DNA from: Armatimonadota bacterium
GTDB lineage: Bacteria > Armatimonadota > SYMT01
Assembly (NCBI GenBank): GCA_046292385.1
Contig: JBKBRF010000004.1
Coordinates: 128,001-192,000 of the forward strand
Length of the DNA: 64,000 nucleotides
Direction: 5' to 3'
Part shown: piece after piece, positions 32,564 to 42,586 of the stretch
Layout: each line of letters begins with the position of its first letter
Numbering within the stretch: the stretch's first letter is position 1
Position numbers and translations under genes: made by a program
Notes under the pieces: model-generated
Databases searched by the model: none
The model's input: only the letters and a program-made list of their open reading frames with translations
Told to the model about the DNA's origin: nothing

Positions 32564-32799
32564 CGGGGAATACTCCTCCCTCCGCGGCTGGGATGCGGGT
32601 TACCCGGTTAGACGCGGCCTTCTCCTGAAGGTTTCGGCGGCAGCCGCAAACGCGGCCGCCGGATAGCGGGAGTATAGCGCGGGATGCGCGCGCTGGCAGG
32701 GGTGCTGCGCCTTGAACAGGTAGCTCGGCACCTCGACGCGGCCTCACTCCGATCCGAGGGGGTGGGGGAGGCCGCGTGAGAAGCAGTCGTCCGCGCCCG

Positions 32800-35211
32800 T
32801 CAACCACCCCGCCCGACCACCCCATCCCGCTGCGACTTCAGCCAGCCGTCCAGCAGGGCCTGGCAGTTCACCACTTTCTCCACCAGGTCGGCCGGCACGT
32901 AGTAGTAGTGGTTTGTCGCCTCGAAGCCGATGCGGGAGTCGCGCTGCTGGATCTGGTAGAGCCGCTTCGCCAGGGCGATCTCGCTCCGCAGCGTCGTCTC
33001 GAGCTGGTCACAGAGCGCGGCGACGCGGGCGGGCTCGCGCTCCGCGGCGAGCGCGTCCCGGTCGCGGACGAAGCGCGCCTGGTTCGCGACGCTGCGGAAA
33101 TGGATCGCGGCCGCCTCGGCGACATCCTGCTCGCGCGCCAGCTCCCGCCGCTGCTCCCGCGACGCCTTGCCGCCGAGCGCCTCGGTTTGCGCGCGGAGAT
33201 CGCGCAGGCCGGCGTCGAAACCGTCCGCCACCCGCTCGAGCTGGCCGATGAAGACGTCGGGCGGGAAGACGCTCCGCCAGCTCGCCAGATCGTCGTACGG
33301 GAAGCCGACCATCGTGGCGCCGTAGCCGGTCCGCTCCGCCCAGAGCGGGTTGGCGGGGCCGGTCTGCAGCGGCGCGTTGTAGACGACCCCGATGTGGTAG
33401 GGAAACTCCCGGAAGGCGGCGCTCCAGGCCCGCCAGGCCCGGACCACGTGCGGCGCGGCCGCCGGGCCGAAGCGCCGCTCCGCCACGCGCGCTATCGCGC
33501 CCTCCGGCGTCAGCTCCTGATGGCGGCCCAGCTCCGAGACGACCTCCAGGTTGGGAGAGGGGTAGCCGCCGAGGGTCCAGCCGAGCATCAGCCCGCGGAC
33601 CCCGCTCCCGCGCAGGTTGGCGGCGTGCTGGGCGACGTTTTCCACGGCGGGAATGTACGGCACGGCGGAGAGCTCCCACGTGTTGCCCGCCTGGATCTTC
33701 GCCATCGTCCCCAGCCCCGCCGCCCGGGCCGCCTGCCAGTGCCGCGTGGCGCGGGGGCCGGGGCCGACCGTGGAGATCGAGTACTCGCCGACCACGCTCT
33801 CCACCCCGCCGCGGCGGATCGGGATGCTCCACTCGCTCACGCTCATCAGCATCGACTGCTTCGGCAGGCGCCGGATCGCCTCTTCCGCCCAGTCGTCCGC
33901 CCAGCCCCAGTCCCACACCAGGAGCCGGGTCTTACTGCGGGCGCGGTCGATCCCCTCCTGGATCAGCGCGTTCGCCTCCGCGGTCACCACCGCCGCGCCG
34001 CGAGGGCCGCACCGGGGGCACTCGGTGCCGCGCCCGTGCGACCAGCAGTGCGTCAGGTTCTCGGAGCCGCTGATGGTGAACAATCCAGCCAGCTCCGGCA
34101 CCGTGCGGCAGATCCGCTCCACGGCGCCGGTCAGGTACGCCCGCACCTCCGGGACGCTGGTGCAGAGGGTGGCGTAGTCGCCCTCCACCACCCCCTTCAG
34201 GTGCGGGCGCGTCTCGAACCAGGAGAGGGGGAGGGCGCGCGGCTCGTTCAGGTAGAGATAGAGGCCGAGGTCGTGCCGCTTCGCCCGCGCGGCGAGGCGC
34301 TTCAGCCCCTGCAGCCGCTCCTCCCAGCGCGCGCTGCGGGTGGGCTCCCACGGGAACGGCGCCAGCTTTTGCAGGAGGCCCTGCAGCCAGACCCCGCCGA
34401 CGCCGGCATCCGCCAGCCGCGCCAGGTAGCCGTCCGGGAATGGATCGGCCTCGCGCTCCAGGAGGGGGTCGCCGTAGAGCGCGAAGTAGGAGTAGCAGTA
34501 GCGCGGCGAGAAGCCCGACGCGCCCGCCTCCACGCGCTCCCGCTTCTCCGGCGGGCGGGAGAGCTCCGTCACGAACTGGAAGAGCGGCTCGCGGATCGTC
34601 CCCGCCCCTTCACCGAACTGCTCCCGGACCACCCGCGCCACCTCCGCCGCGCGGCGGCGCGTCTCCGGGTCCGGCGCGGCGTACCGGAGCGTCTCGCACC
34701 TAGGCTTGCGGCTGCCGAGCTTGACGTAGAGGAAGTCGTCTTCCCGCAGCGTGAACGCCAGCTCCTCCGCGTCCCAGTCGAGGAGCTGCAGGAGCTGCTC
34801 GTACGGCAGCAGGTGCCAGTTCCGCTTGATGACGCTGATGTAGGAGCGCCGCTGCTGGTCCGCCGTGATCCGCGGCGGGCCGGAGAGCCCCAGCTCCCGA
34901 CCCAGCTCCCGGATCTGTGCGGCGGTGGCGCCGACCACCCGCCCCATCCGCTCCGCCGGTACGAGCTGCCAGTTGCGCCAGACGAAGGCGTGCAGGCGGC
35001 TGGGAAAGTGCGGGAACGGCACCGGGGCGGGCGCGTCGCCCACCGGCAGCTCCACGGGGGCGGAAGCCCCCTGCGGCGGCGCCGGCGGCTGCTTGCGCGC
35101 GGCGTCCGCGGGGACGGCGGAGGCGAGCAGGCCGCCCCCCAGGGCGAGGGTGGTCTGCTTCAGGAAGCGGCGGCGCGGGGACTCGGAGCGGGGATCATCT
35201 TCATAGCGCAT
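32800..35211 (-). CDS. Tat-exported hypothetical protein (possible glycoside-hydrolase-like barrel)
   Basis: 'RRRFLK' twin-arginine signal; 803 aa of protein-like composition. Confidence 0.75.
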   Translation of the reverse strand: MRYEDDPRSESPRRRFLKQTTLALGGGLLASAVPADAARKQPPAPPQGASAPVELPVGDAPAPVPFPHFPSRLHAFVWRNWQLVPAERMGRVVGATAAQIRELGRELGLSGPPRITADQQRRSYISVIKRNWHLLPYEQLLQLLDWDAEELAFTLREDDFLYVKLGSRKPRCETLRYAAPDPETRRRAAEVARVVREQFGEGAGTIREPLFQFVTELSRPPEKRERVEAGASGFSPRYCYSYFALYGDPLLEREADPFPDGYLARLADAGVGGVWLQGLLQKLAPFPWEPTRSARWEERLQGLKRLAARAKRHDLGLYLYLNEPRALPLSWFETRPHLKGVVEGDYATLCTSVPEVRAYLTGAVERICRTVPELAGLFTISGSENLTHCWSHGRGTECPRCGPRGAAVVTAEANALIQEGIDRARSKTRLLVWDWGWADDWAEEAIRRLPKQSMLMSVSEWSIPIRRGGVESVVGEYSISTVGPGPRATRHWQAARAAGLGTMAKIQAGNTWELSAVPYIPAVENVAQHAANLRGSGVRGLMLGWTLGGYPSPNLEVVSELGRHQELTPEGAIARVAERRFGPAAAPHVVRAWRAWSAAFREFPYHIGVVYNAPLQTGPANPLWAERTGYGATMVGFPYDDLASWRSVFPPDVFIGQLERVADGFDAGLRDLRAQTEALGGKASREQRRELAREQDVAEAAAIHFRSVANQARFVRDRDALAAEREPARVAALCDQLETTLRSEIALAKRLYQIQQRDSRIGFEATNHYYYVPADLVEKVVNCQALLDGWLKSQRDGVVGRGG

Positions 35212-35264
35212 ACCCCGCAGTTACCACCGCCCGCCGGCACCTCCTCCCCGGCGCAGACCGGCGG

Positions 35265-37235
35265 TTAGCGGACCTCGCCGGAGGAGCGGATCCGCTCGAT
35301 CACCTCGTCCTCGAACTCCTTGCCGGAGTCGACCGCGGCGTTCGGATCGTCACCCAGCGGCAGAAAGAGCTCCTTCGCGGCGGCGGCGAGCGCTTCCGGA
35401 TCGGCGAACACGAGCTCGGCCACCTGCCCGTCGCCCACCAGGGCGACAAAGCGCCGCCGCTCGCCCGCGTCGGCCAGCGCCCGGTTCGCGGCGTCGACCA
35501 CCGCCGTCACGTCGTACCAGTCGCCGAGGTTCTCCGCCTTGAACTTGTAGAGCTTGCCGCCGTGGATGAACTGCACCACGTACGGCGCCTCCTCGTCGTC
35601 ATCGGAGCCGAGCCAGCGCTCGTACGGCGCCTCCGGCTTGAACGCGCCGCCGCTGTGCCTGGCGAAGTCGCGCAGCAGGCGGTCGTGCCGCACCGGGATC
35701 ACGCCCGTCTCCGCGTCGAACGAGGTGAGAAGGCCCGCCGCTTCGAAGGTCGCGCCGAGAAACCGCTTCGCGCCGGTCGGATCGTCCGCTTCCCGCCCCG
35801 CCTGGGAGTACTCGTAGATACCGTCGTCGGTCAGGCGGTCGGCAGGCTCCTGCTTCAGAGCTGCCGCCAGCTTCGCCCGCGCGCGGGCCAGCGCCTTCTC
35901 ATCCAGCACCTTCAGCTCCCCCAGCCGCTGGAGCGCCTTCTCCGCCGTGATCCCGTGCTCCGCCCAGCGCACCGCCGCCCGGTCAGCCGGGTCGAGGCGG
36001 TCCGCCAGCGCGGCGGCGGCGCGGATGGCCGCGTCCCCACCGATCAGCAGCAGCGCCGAAGCGGCGGCGGGAGCGACTCCGTCGCCGTCCTGCGACCGGG
36101 CAGCGGTCTCGCGGAGGACGCGGACCAGCTCCGCGTCGCCGCTCCCGCGGCCCGCAGTGCCGAGCGTCGAGATGGCGGCACTCCGCAGCTCCGGGATCGA
36201 GAGGAGGGAGAGCGCCAGCGCGCGCCCGCGGGGCGGGTCTCGCCGCGCCAGCGCCTCCAGGGCCCGGGCGCGAAGGGGGTCCGGCGTCGTGGACGCGCGC
36301 GCCAGGCGCTCCAGCAGCTCCGCGGCCTTCGCGCCGCCGTGCTCCGCCACCGCCTCGAGGGCGGACGCCTCCCCGCCGCTCGTCCCGCCTCCCAGCCCGT
36401 CGTCCCGGCGGCGAGTCAGCGCCTGCGCACACGCCTCTACGGCTGCGGCGGAGACCGCGGGGGACTTCGCCGCGGCCGCCTCCGCCAGGCCGGTCAGATA
36501 CCAGTAGCTCTCCTGCTGGTCGGTGGACCGGAGCCGCGCCGCGCTGAGCCGAATCAGCTCTTCGGACGGCGCCGCCTGCGACAGCCAGAAGGCGGCGCGC
36601 CCACCGGTCTCATCCCCTTTGCGGATCAGCTCCAGCAGCCTCCGATTCATCGCCGGACTCGCCAGCCGCCCCGCCGCCTCCACCGCCACCCGGCGGAGCT
36701 CCCGGTCCCGCGAATCGAGGGAGCGGAGCACCACCCCCTCCAATCCCGGCAGCTTCGCGCGGTCCGCCGGGCCGAGCTCCGCCGCGGCGCCCAGCACTGC
36801 GAACGACTCACCAGGGACGGTGAGTGCCTTCCGCGCGGCGTCGATGCCCGCCGGGTCGCCCAGCCGCAGCAGCATGAACGCCGCCGCCGTCCGCTGGGAG
36901 TTACGGCTCCCCGCCGGCCCTTCGAGCTGTTTCCGCAGCACCGGGACCACCCCCGCCCGCCGCTTTCGGAGCGCCGCGAACGACTCCGCGTCGACGTCCG
37001 CCATCATGATCAGCGTGTCGAGCTCCTCTGCGCGGTCCTCCCGCTGCCGCCGCGCCCCCAGCTCCCGCGCCCGCCGGAGCGCCGCCGGATCGGCCGACAC
37101 CTCGATGCGGGTGGCAGCCGCTGCGGCGCGCACCACGTCCCCCGCCGCAGCCGGAGGCCCGCTCACCGCCCCGCAGCCCAGGAGCGAAAACCCCAACGGC
37201 ACAGCCCAAACCCAGCGGTAGCTCATCTCACGCAC
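35265..37235 (-). CDS. HEAT-repeat putative lipoprotein
   Basis: Lipobox-like LLGC; Ala/Leu-rich HEAT-like repeats; acidic C-terminal domain with GDWYD. Confidence 0.7.
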   Translation of the reverse strand: MREMSYRWVWAVPLGFSLLGCGAVSGPPAAAGDVVRAAAAATRIEVSADPAALRRARELGARRQREDRAEELDTLIMMADVDAESFAALRKRRAGVVPVLRKQLEGPAGSRNSQRTAAAFMLLRLGDPAGIDAARKALTVPGESFAVLGAAAELGPADRAKLPGLEGVVLRSLDSRDRELRRVAVEAAGRLASPAMNRRLLELIRKGDETGGRAAFWLSQAAPSEELIRLSAARLRSTDQQESYWYLTGLAEAAAAKSPAVSAAAVEACAQALTRRRDDGLGGGTSGGEASALEAVAEHGGAKAAELLERLARASTTPDPLRARALEALARRDPPRGRALALSLLSIPELRSAAISTLGTAGRGSGDAELVRVLRETAARSQDGDGVAPAAASALLLIGGDAAIRAAAALADRLDPADRAAVRWAEHGITAEKALQRLGELKVLDEKALARARAKLAAALKQEPADRLTDDGIYEYSQAGREADDPTGAKRFLGATFEAAGLLTSFDAETGVIPVRHDRLLRDFARHSGGAFKPEAPYERWLGSDDDEEAPYVVQFIHGGKLYKFKAENLGDWYDVTAVVDAANRALADAGERRRFVALVGDGQVAELVFADPEALAAAAKELFLPLGDDPNAAVDSGKEFEDEVIERIRSSGEVR

Positions 37236-37358
37236 CCTCGAGCACGAAGCTCACCAAGAAACGCCAGGGAGTGATGCCTTACTTTCCAGGTCCGCCAGCA
37301 GACGCCCAAAAACCCTCAACCGCCTGCCAACCCGGCAACCGATCCACAGCCAAACCGC

Positions 37359-37637
37359 GGCGTCTGCAGGCCCAGCCGCAGGCTGGGCTGGAGGAGGCCA
37401 CCTGTGACCGCCCCTGGGCGCAGGGGCGGTAGCTCGACGGCGGTCGATTCAGCCCGTGATCCGCACTCCTGATGAAATCCGTCGCGGTGGCGCGGGAAGA
37501 GCCTTTCGGAGCGCACTCCCGGAGCAGCCCGCTAACGGAGCGAAGCGGAGTGTGAAAGGGCCGCGGAGGGCTTTCGCCGCGGGAGGGCTGAAGCGGCCGA
37601 CTAGGGCTCGGGGTCGGGCTTTCGGTACGGACGCTGC
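37359..37637 (+). repeat. Structured ~280-nt non-coding element, copy A
   Basis: Colinear with copies B and C; conserved gattcagcccgtga, tggcgcgggaagag, tcccggagc, aaagggcc, cgcgggagggctgaa; covarying stems. Confidence 0.9.
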
Positions 37638-37712
37638 CTCTCGACCGCAGCCTGAGATCAACCCCACGTAGCCGACGCTGCCATCCGCCACGAGAGGTGA
37701 AACACTCGGTCC

Positions 37713-38963
37713 TCAGTCCCCCCGCATCACCCAATCCACTCCAAACCGCGCATGCCGGATCGCCTCCCGCAAGGGCCTCCCTTCCACGTCTTTCTGCGCC
37801 GCACGCTCCGGCAGGCTGTAAGTGTAGGTGGCATGGAGCGCGCCGTCCTTCGCCTCGATGATGGAGGGGTAGTGGAACCCGGTGCCGTCCGGCACGTCCC
37901 GCTCCAGGTGCCGGTTCCAGCGCCACGTCTTGCCGTCGTCGTCGGAGATCGAGACGAGCAGCGAGTGCCGCCCGCGCTCGGTGTCGTTGTTGATCAGGAC
38001 CCAGCGGCCGTCGCGCAGGGTGACGACGTCGACTCCGGAGCCGGGGTTCAGGATCTCGGAGTCGCGGACGGTCGACCAGGTCAGGCCGCCGTCCCGCGAC
38101 TCGCTGTAGAGGAGGCGCTGCGGCGGGCCGCCGTTATCCCGCATGAAGGCGGCGAGGGTGCCGTCCCGCTTCCGAGCGAGGGCGGGCTGCACCGGGCCGT
38201 CGCCGACCAGCGGCGTGCTGGTGGTCCAGGTCTCGCCCCAGTCATCGGTGATCGCCATCAGGGAGAAGTCGAAGCCGTCCGAGTAGAGCGGCAGGATCAT
38301 CCGGCGGCCGTCCAGGATATACGGGTGGACGCGGGGCATCCAGCCGAGGCGGTTGAAGTACCTGTCCGCGGCGTTGGCCCGGCGGCGCTCCAGATACTCC
38401 CGCACCGCCGGCCGCTGCGCCTCCGGGAAGGTGTCGACCCGGCGGAGGTCGCGCTCCACCGCTTCCTGTACGATTTGCGTGAACTCCGGCCCCGGCTTCA
38501 GGTGGACCACCCGCTCCTCCGCCCAGACCGGCGCGGCGCCGCGCCGCTGGTAATTGCGGGAGATGCGGCACTTGAGCAGCGCGGTGTGCCACTCGTTCGC
38601 CTGGATCACCGGCCAGAAAAGCCAGAGCCGCTCCTGCGGGTCGATGATCATGCAGGGGTTGCAGTCCGGAAAGCCGGGAACGTCCGCCATCAGGAACGGC
38701 TCGCTCCAGGCGGTGTCCCGCGGCCGCTTGCGGGCGCCCATGATGCGCACGTCATCCGCCCGCCGCTCGCCGGAGCCGAGGTACCAGCACGCCAGGAGGT
38801 CGCCGTTCGGGCACTGCACCACGCAGCTCCCGTGGCTGTGGAGGTGTCCGAGCGGAAAGATCAGCTCCGACCGCACCGGCGGCGGACTCCCCGCACACGC
38901 CGCCGAAGCCGCCCCCGCGGCGATCCCGCCACCCACCCCCATTAGGAACTCGCGCCGGTCCAT
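37713..38963 (-). CDS. Tat-exported BNR/Asp-box sialidase-like protein
   Basis: MDRREFL signal; Asp boxes TDDWGETW, SRDGGLTW, SDDDGKTW; 'YPSII...DG.LH.TYT'. Confidence 0.88.
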   Translation of the reverse strand: MDRREFLMGVGGGIAAGAASAACAGSPPPVRSELIFPLGHLHSHGSCVVQCPNGDLLACWYLGSGERRADDVRIMGARKRPRDTAWSEPFLMADVPGFPDCNPCMIIDPQERLWLFWPVIQANEWHTALLKCRISRNYQRRGAAPVWAEERVVHLKPGPEFTQIVQEAVERDLRRVDTFPEAQRPAVREYLERRRANAADRYFNRLGWMPRVHPYILDGRRMILPLYSDGFDFSLMAITDDWGETWTTSTPLVGDGPVQPALARKRDGTLAAFMRDNGGPPQRLLYSESRDGGLTWSTVRDSEILNPGSGVDVVTLRDGRWVLINNDTERGRHSLLVSISDDDGKTWRWNRHLERDVPDGTGFHYPSIIEAKDGALHATYTYSLPERAAQKDVEGRPLREAIRHARFGVDWVMRGD

Positions 38964-39130
38964 GCTCGCTCTCCCGTTTCGCTCTTTGCCTGACAGGGAG
39001 GCGGTTCGCCGCAGGGACCACGCTTCCATCCACGGAACTGGGCTCCATCGGACGCCCCGCCGGCGGAAGCGCTGAATGCCGCTTCAAACTCAGCCGCGTG
39101 CGCCATGTCCCTGATGGATAGAGGCTGCGG

Positions 39131-39649
39131 ATGATGGACTGGACCTCACTCTCCCTCGAATCAGCGAAGCCGGCACTCGCGTGGATGCAGGAGCCGGAAT
39201 CGCTCTTCCGGAAACCGGAGTACCGGAAGCGTCCGGGCGACGCCTGGATCGGACCGTTCTTCCGAGCGCTGGACGAGGGCCTAACCGAGCTGTGCGCGCA
39301 GGGACAGCAAGCCTTTGACCGCAGCGCCGTGACGATCGTCCAGCAGCTTCAGGTCGAGCTTGCCGAGCACGCGCGCCAGTACAACGTCACTGGGTTCTCC
39401 GCCTCGATCGAGGCAGGGCTCAGCGGCGACCACTGGTTCCTTCTGAATCACCGCTCATGGATCGAAGCCTACCTCCGCGCGCCGCGGCTCATCGAGCGAG
39501 TGATTGAGTATCCTCCGGAGGTGCTGGCGCGGATCGAAGCTGAGGACACGCTCCTGAGGTCGGTTGGCTCCCGCCTCCAGGAACTGCAACCGGAGTCACC
39601 AAGCGGGCGTGAGCCGCCGCATCACTGGTGGTGGCACGGAGAGGGGTAG
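39131..39649 (+). CDS. Hypothetical protein
   Basis: GAGG RBS; fills the gap between genes; C-terminal PPHHWWWH. Confidence 0.6.
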   Translation: MMDWTSLSLESAKPALAWMQEPESLFRKPEYRKRPGDAWIGPFFRALDEGLTELCAQGQQAFDRSAVTIVQQLQVELAEHARQYNVTGFSASIEAGLSGDHWFLLNHRSWIEAYLRAPRLIERVIEYPPEVLARIEAEDTLLRSVGSRLQELQPESPSGREPPHHWWWHGEG

Positions 39650-39688
39650 GGTGCGGTTTTTCTGGAACCGGCAATGAGAGGGAAGAGG

Positions 39689-40810
39689 ATGCGACGACGC
39701 GAGTTTCTTTCGTGGAGCGGCGGACTGGCGGCGGGACTGCTGGCGGTCCGCTCCGAGGCGGCGCAGGCGCGGCCGGAGGTGGATGGCGGGCTGGCGTGGT
39801 ACGACGTGCAGCAGTGGGGGGTAGAGGGCAAGGGCTGGCGGGAGACGGCGCGGTACTTCGACCGCCTCCCGTCACGCGCCGAGGGCGTGGTACGGGATCC
39901 GGTCTGGAGCCTGAGCCGCCACTCCGCGGGCATGCTGGTTCGGTTCGAGACCGACGCGCCCGCGATCCACGCGCGCTACTCCCTCCTCTCCGCCAACCTG
40001 GCGATGCCGCACATGCCGGCGACCGGCGTGAGCGGGCTCGACCTCTACGCGCGGGCCGAGGAGGGCCGCGACCGCTGGCTCGCCGTGGCACAGCCGCGGG
40101 ACCGGGAGGTGGAGGTGCGGCTGGCGCAGGGGATCGACCCCACTCCGGAGGGCCGGCCCCGGCTCTACACCATCTACCTGCCGCTCTACAACGGCACGGA
40201 GACGCTCAAGATCGGGGTCGATCCGCAGGCCCGCTTCCGACCGGTGCCGCCGCGGGAGGAGCGGCCGATCGTCTTCTACGGCACGTCGATCATGCACGGC
40301 GCCTGCGCGTCGCGGCCCGGGATGTCGATCTCCGCCATTCTCGGGCGGCGGCTGGAGCGCCCGACGATCAACCTTGGCTTCTCCGGAAATGGGAAGATGG
40401 AGGCGGAGGTCGGCGCGCTGCTGGCGGAGCTCGACCCGGCCGTCTACGCGATCGACTGCCTCCCGAACATGTCGCCGGAGGAGGTCGCCGCCCGCACGGA
40501 GCCGCTGGTGCGGCAGCTCCGGAAGGCACGGCCACAGACGCCGATCCTGCTGGTGGAAGACCGGACGTTCACCCAGGCGCGGTTCCACCGGAACGTCCGG
40601 GAGCAGCACGCGCAGCGGCGCGCCGCCCTGCGGGAGAGCTACGAGCGGTTGGTGAAAGACGGCGTGCGCCGGCTCGGCTATCTCCGCGGAGAGGAGCTGC
40701 TGGGCGATGACGGCGAAGCGGCGACCGACGGCTCCCATCCGAACGACCTGGGGATGGTGCGCTACGCGGACGCCTACGAGCGGCCGCTGCGGCGACTGCT
40801 CCGGAGCTGA
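39689..40810 (+). CDS. Tat-exported SGNH/GDSL hydrolase with GxDLY N-terminal domain
   Basis: MRRREFL, GLDLY, FYGTSI, NLGFSGNG, DGSHP. Confidence 0.9.
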   Translation: MRRREFLSWSGGLAAGLLAVRSEAAQARPEVDGGLAWYDVQQWGVEGKGWRETARYFDRLPSRAEGVVRDPVWSLSRHSAGMLVRFETDAPAIHARYSLLSANLAMPHMPATGVSGLDLYARAEEGRDRWLAVAQPRDREVEVRLAQGIDPTPEGRPRLYTIYLPLYNGTETLKIGVDPQARFRPVPPREERPIVFYGTSIMHGACASRPGMSISAILGRRLERPTINLGFSGNGKMEAEVGALLAELDPAVYAIDCLPNMSPEEVAARTEPLVRQLRKARPQTPILLVEDRTFTQARFHRNVREQHAQRRAALRESYERLVKDGVRRLGYLRGEELLGDDGEAATDGSHPNDLGMVRYADAYERPLRRLLRS

Positions 40811-40823
40811 GCGCGGACGCGGC

Positions 40824-42242
40824 TCACACCCGCTCCAACTCGGTCCAGTGGCTCAGGGCGCTGTCCAGCTTCACGCCGGGCGGCGACTTCACCACCAGCG
40901 CGCCGTTCAGCACGTCGCCGCGGTGGTGCAGGTCGAGGTGGAGGTGGTACGGCCGCCGGTTGGCATCCTCGGTGCCGATGTCGCCCGCGAAGCAGCCGGT
41001 GAGCCAGCCGTCTCGCAGCACCGGCTCGCTCACCAGGGTCGTAAGCTGGCTGCCCAGGCGCACGTGCACGTCGCTGTCCGGGTGGAACGCCAGCGCGAGT
41101 GGCAGCTCGGCCTCGCCGGTGGCGACCGTCCCCCGCCACTCGCCGCGGAGTGTGGGGTAGGGACGCGGCTCGCCGTCGGCCTCCGCAGGCGACGGCTTGC
41201 GGCGCGCCTGCTCCGCGATCCGGGGGACCAGCAGCGCCACCACTTCCCGCGCGACGTCGAACGGAAGGCTGGAGGCGGCGTTGCAGAGGGCGACCACCGC
41301 CAGCCGCTCGGCCGGAACCAGCAGCAGGATCGTGTTCACGCCGTCCATCCCACCGGTATGACTCACGCTCCGCGCGCCTTCCCATTCGTCGCTGATCCGC
41401 CAGCCGACGCCGTAGCCGACCGTCTCGGTGCAGGTGGCGGTCGGCTTCTGCATCTCCTCGATCCCGGCGTGGGTCAGGATCGGCTTCTGGTCCGGCAGCC
41501 CCGCCTGGAGATGGAACATGCCGAAGCGGAGGAGGTCGCGCGCGCTGCAGAAGACGGCGGAGGCCCCGGGGTGATCGAAGTCGTAGAACGGCAGCCGCAG
41601 CCCATCCGGCGCGTAGCGGGCCGCGGCGTACGGCTCCAGCCCGGGGCCGACGCCGACCGAGGCGCGGGTCATTCCGAGCAGTAGGAAGACCTCGCGGCGC
41701 ATGAACTCCGCGAAGCTCTGTCCGGAGACGTGGGAAATCACCTCGTCCAGCACGCCGTAGCCGAGGTTGGAGTACTGATAGCGCTCGCCCGGCGCGGTGA
41801 CCAGGTTCCCGTAGCGGCGCAGCGTCTCGCGGAAGGGTGGACGCCGGCGCGGCTCGTCCTCCGGAAAGAAGTGCCAGTGGAGCGGCAGGCCGGAGGTGTG
41901 GTTCGCCACCCGGCGCAGCGTCGCGTCGTCCGCGTCTCCCACCCGCGCGGTGAGGCGGGCGTCCCCCAGGTAGTCGTGCGCCGGCCGGTCCAGGTCCAGC
42001 TCGCCTCGCTCGTGCAGCACCATCAGCCCGGTCGCCGTGATCGGCTTGGAGATGGAGGCGAGGGAATAGAGCGTGTCCGGCGTGGCGGGAATCCGCGCCT
42101 CGCGGTCCGCCCAGCCGAACGCCTCCTCCCAGAGCGGCTCCCCGTGCTGGGCCACCGCTACGGCGAGCGACGGCAGCGATTCCTCACTCAGGCGGGCGCG
42201 GATCTCTCCGCGAAGGGCGTGGAACAGGTCGGCGCGGCTCAT
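40824..42242 (-). CDS. Serine hydrolase, beta-lactamase/AmpC-like family
   Basis: SISK (SxxK), HTSGL, YSN, HTGG. Confidence 0.9.
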   Translation of the reverse strand: MSRADLFHALRGEIRARLSEESLPSLAVAVAQHGEPLWEEAFGWADREARIPATPDTLYSLASISKPITATGLMVLHERGELDLDRPAHDYLGDARLTARVGDADDATLRRVANHTSGLPLHWHFFPEDEPRRRPPFRETLRRYGNLVTAPGERYQYSNLGYGVLDEVISHVSGQSFAEFMRREVFLLLGMTRASVGVGPGLEPYAAARYAPDGLRLPFYDFDHPGASAVFCSARDLLRFGMFHLQAGLPDQKPILTHAGIEEMQKPTATCTETVGYGVGWRISDEWEGARSVSHTGGMDGVNTILLLVPAERLAVVALCNAASSLPFDVAREVVALLVPRIAEQARRKPSPAEADGEPRPYPTLRGEWRGTVATGEAELPLALAFHPDSDVHVRLGSQLTTLVSEPVLRDGWLTGCFAGDIGTEDANRRPYHLHLDLHHRGDVLNGALVVKSPPGVKLDSALSHWTELERV

Positions 42243-42586
42243 GCGGCTCCTTCCGGGCAACAGCCAGCCGCCGCCCGGCAATCCGGCGGCGGCCACAATC
42301 CGGGTTCCACGTTGGCGGGAGGGGGGAGAACTTCCTGTCTTGCTTGTTCGGCGCGAGGGTCTTCCTCGCCCCGGAGCGAGGTGTCCCCCAATCGTACGCT
42401 GGATTCATCTCCCCGAGGAAGCCACCCCGTGCCCTTGCCGGATACTGTTGGCGAGATCTGGAAGCCGCTCCGAACGCACCGCTGGCGCGGGACGCGAAAG
42501 CAAGCATTCGCACTCCACATGCCGGACCGGAAGGGATTCCCTCGCGCCCGAAGGGAGACTGCCTCGGTGCAGTCGGCGGAGTCCGG

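Noticed and set aside
28934..32611. 1225-aa plus-strand ORF and similar long antisense ORFs (e.g. 871-2460, 19042-20688, 32776-35268, 48952-51600)
   Set aside because: Shadow ORFs opposite well-supported genes, expected in high-GC DNA; no recognisable motifs
37469..37475. CTGATGA hammerhead core in element copy A
   Set aside because: It lies in the variable insert, is absent from copies B and C, and I could not build the three hammerhead stems
37279..37926. ORFs crossing the repeated element (also near 42654-42956 and 57392-57604)
   Set aside because: Indels between copies do not preserve a frame; conservation follows base pairing rather than codons
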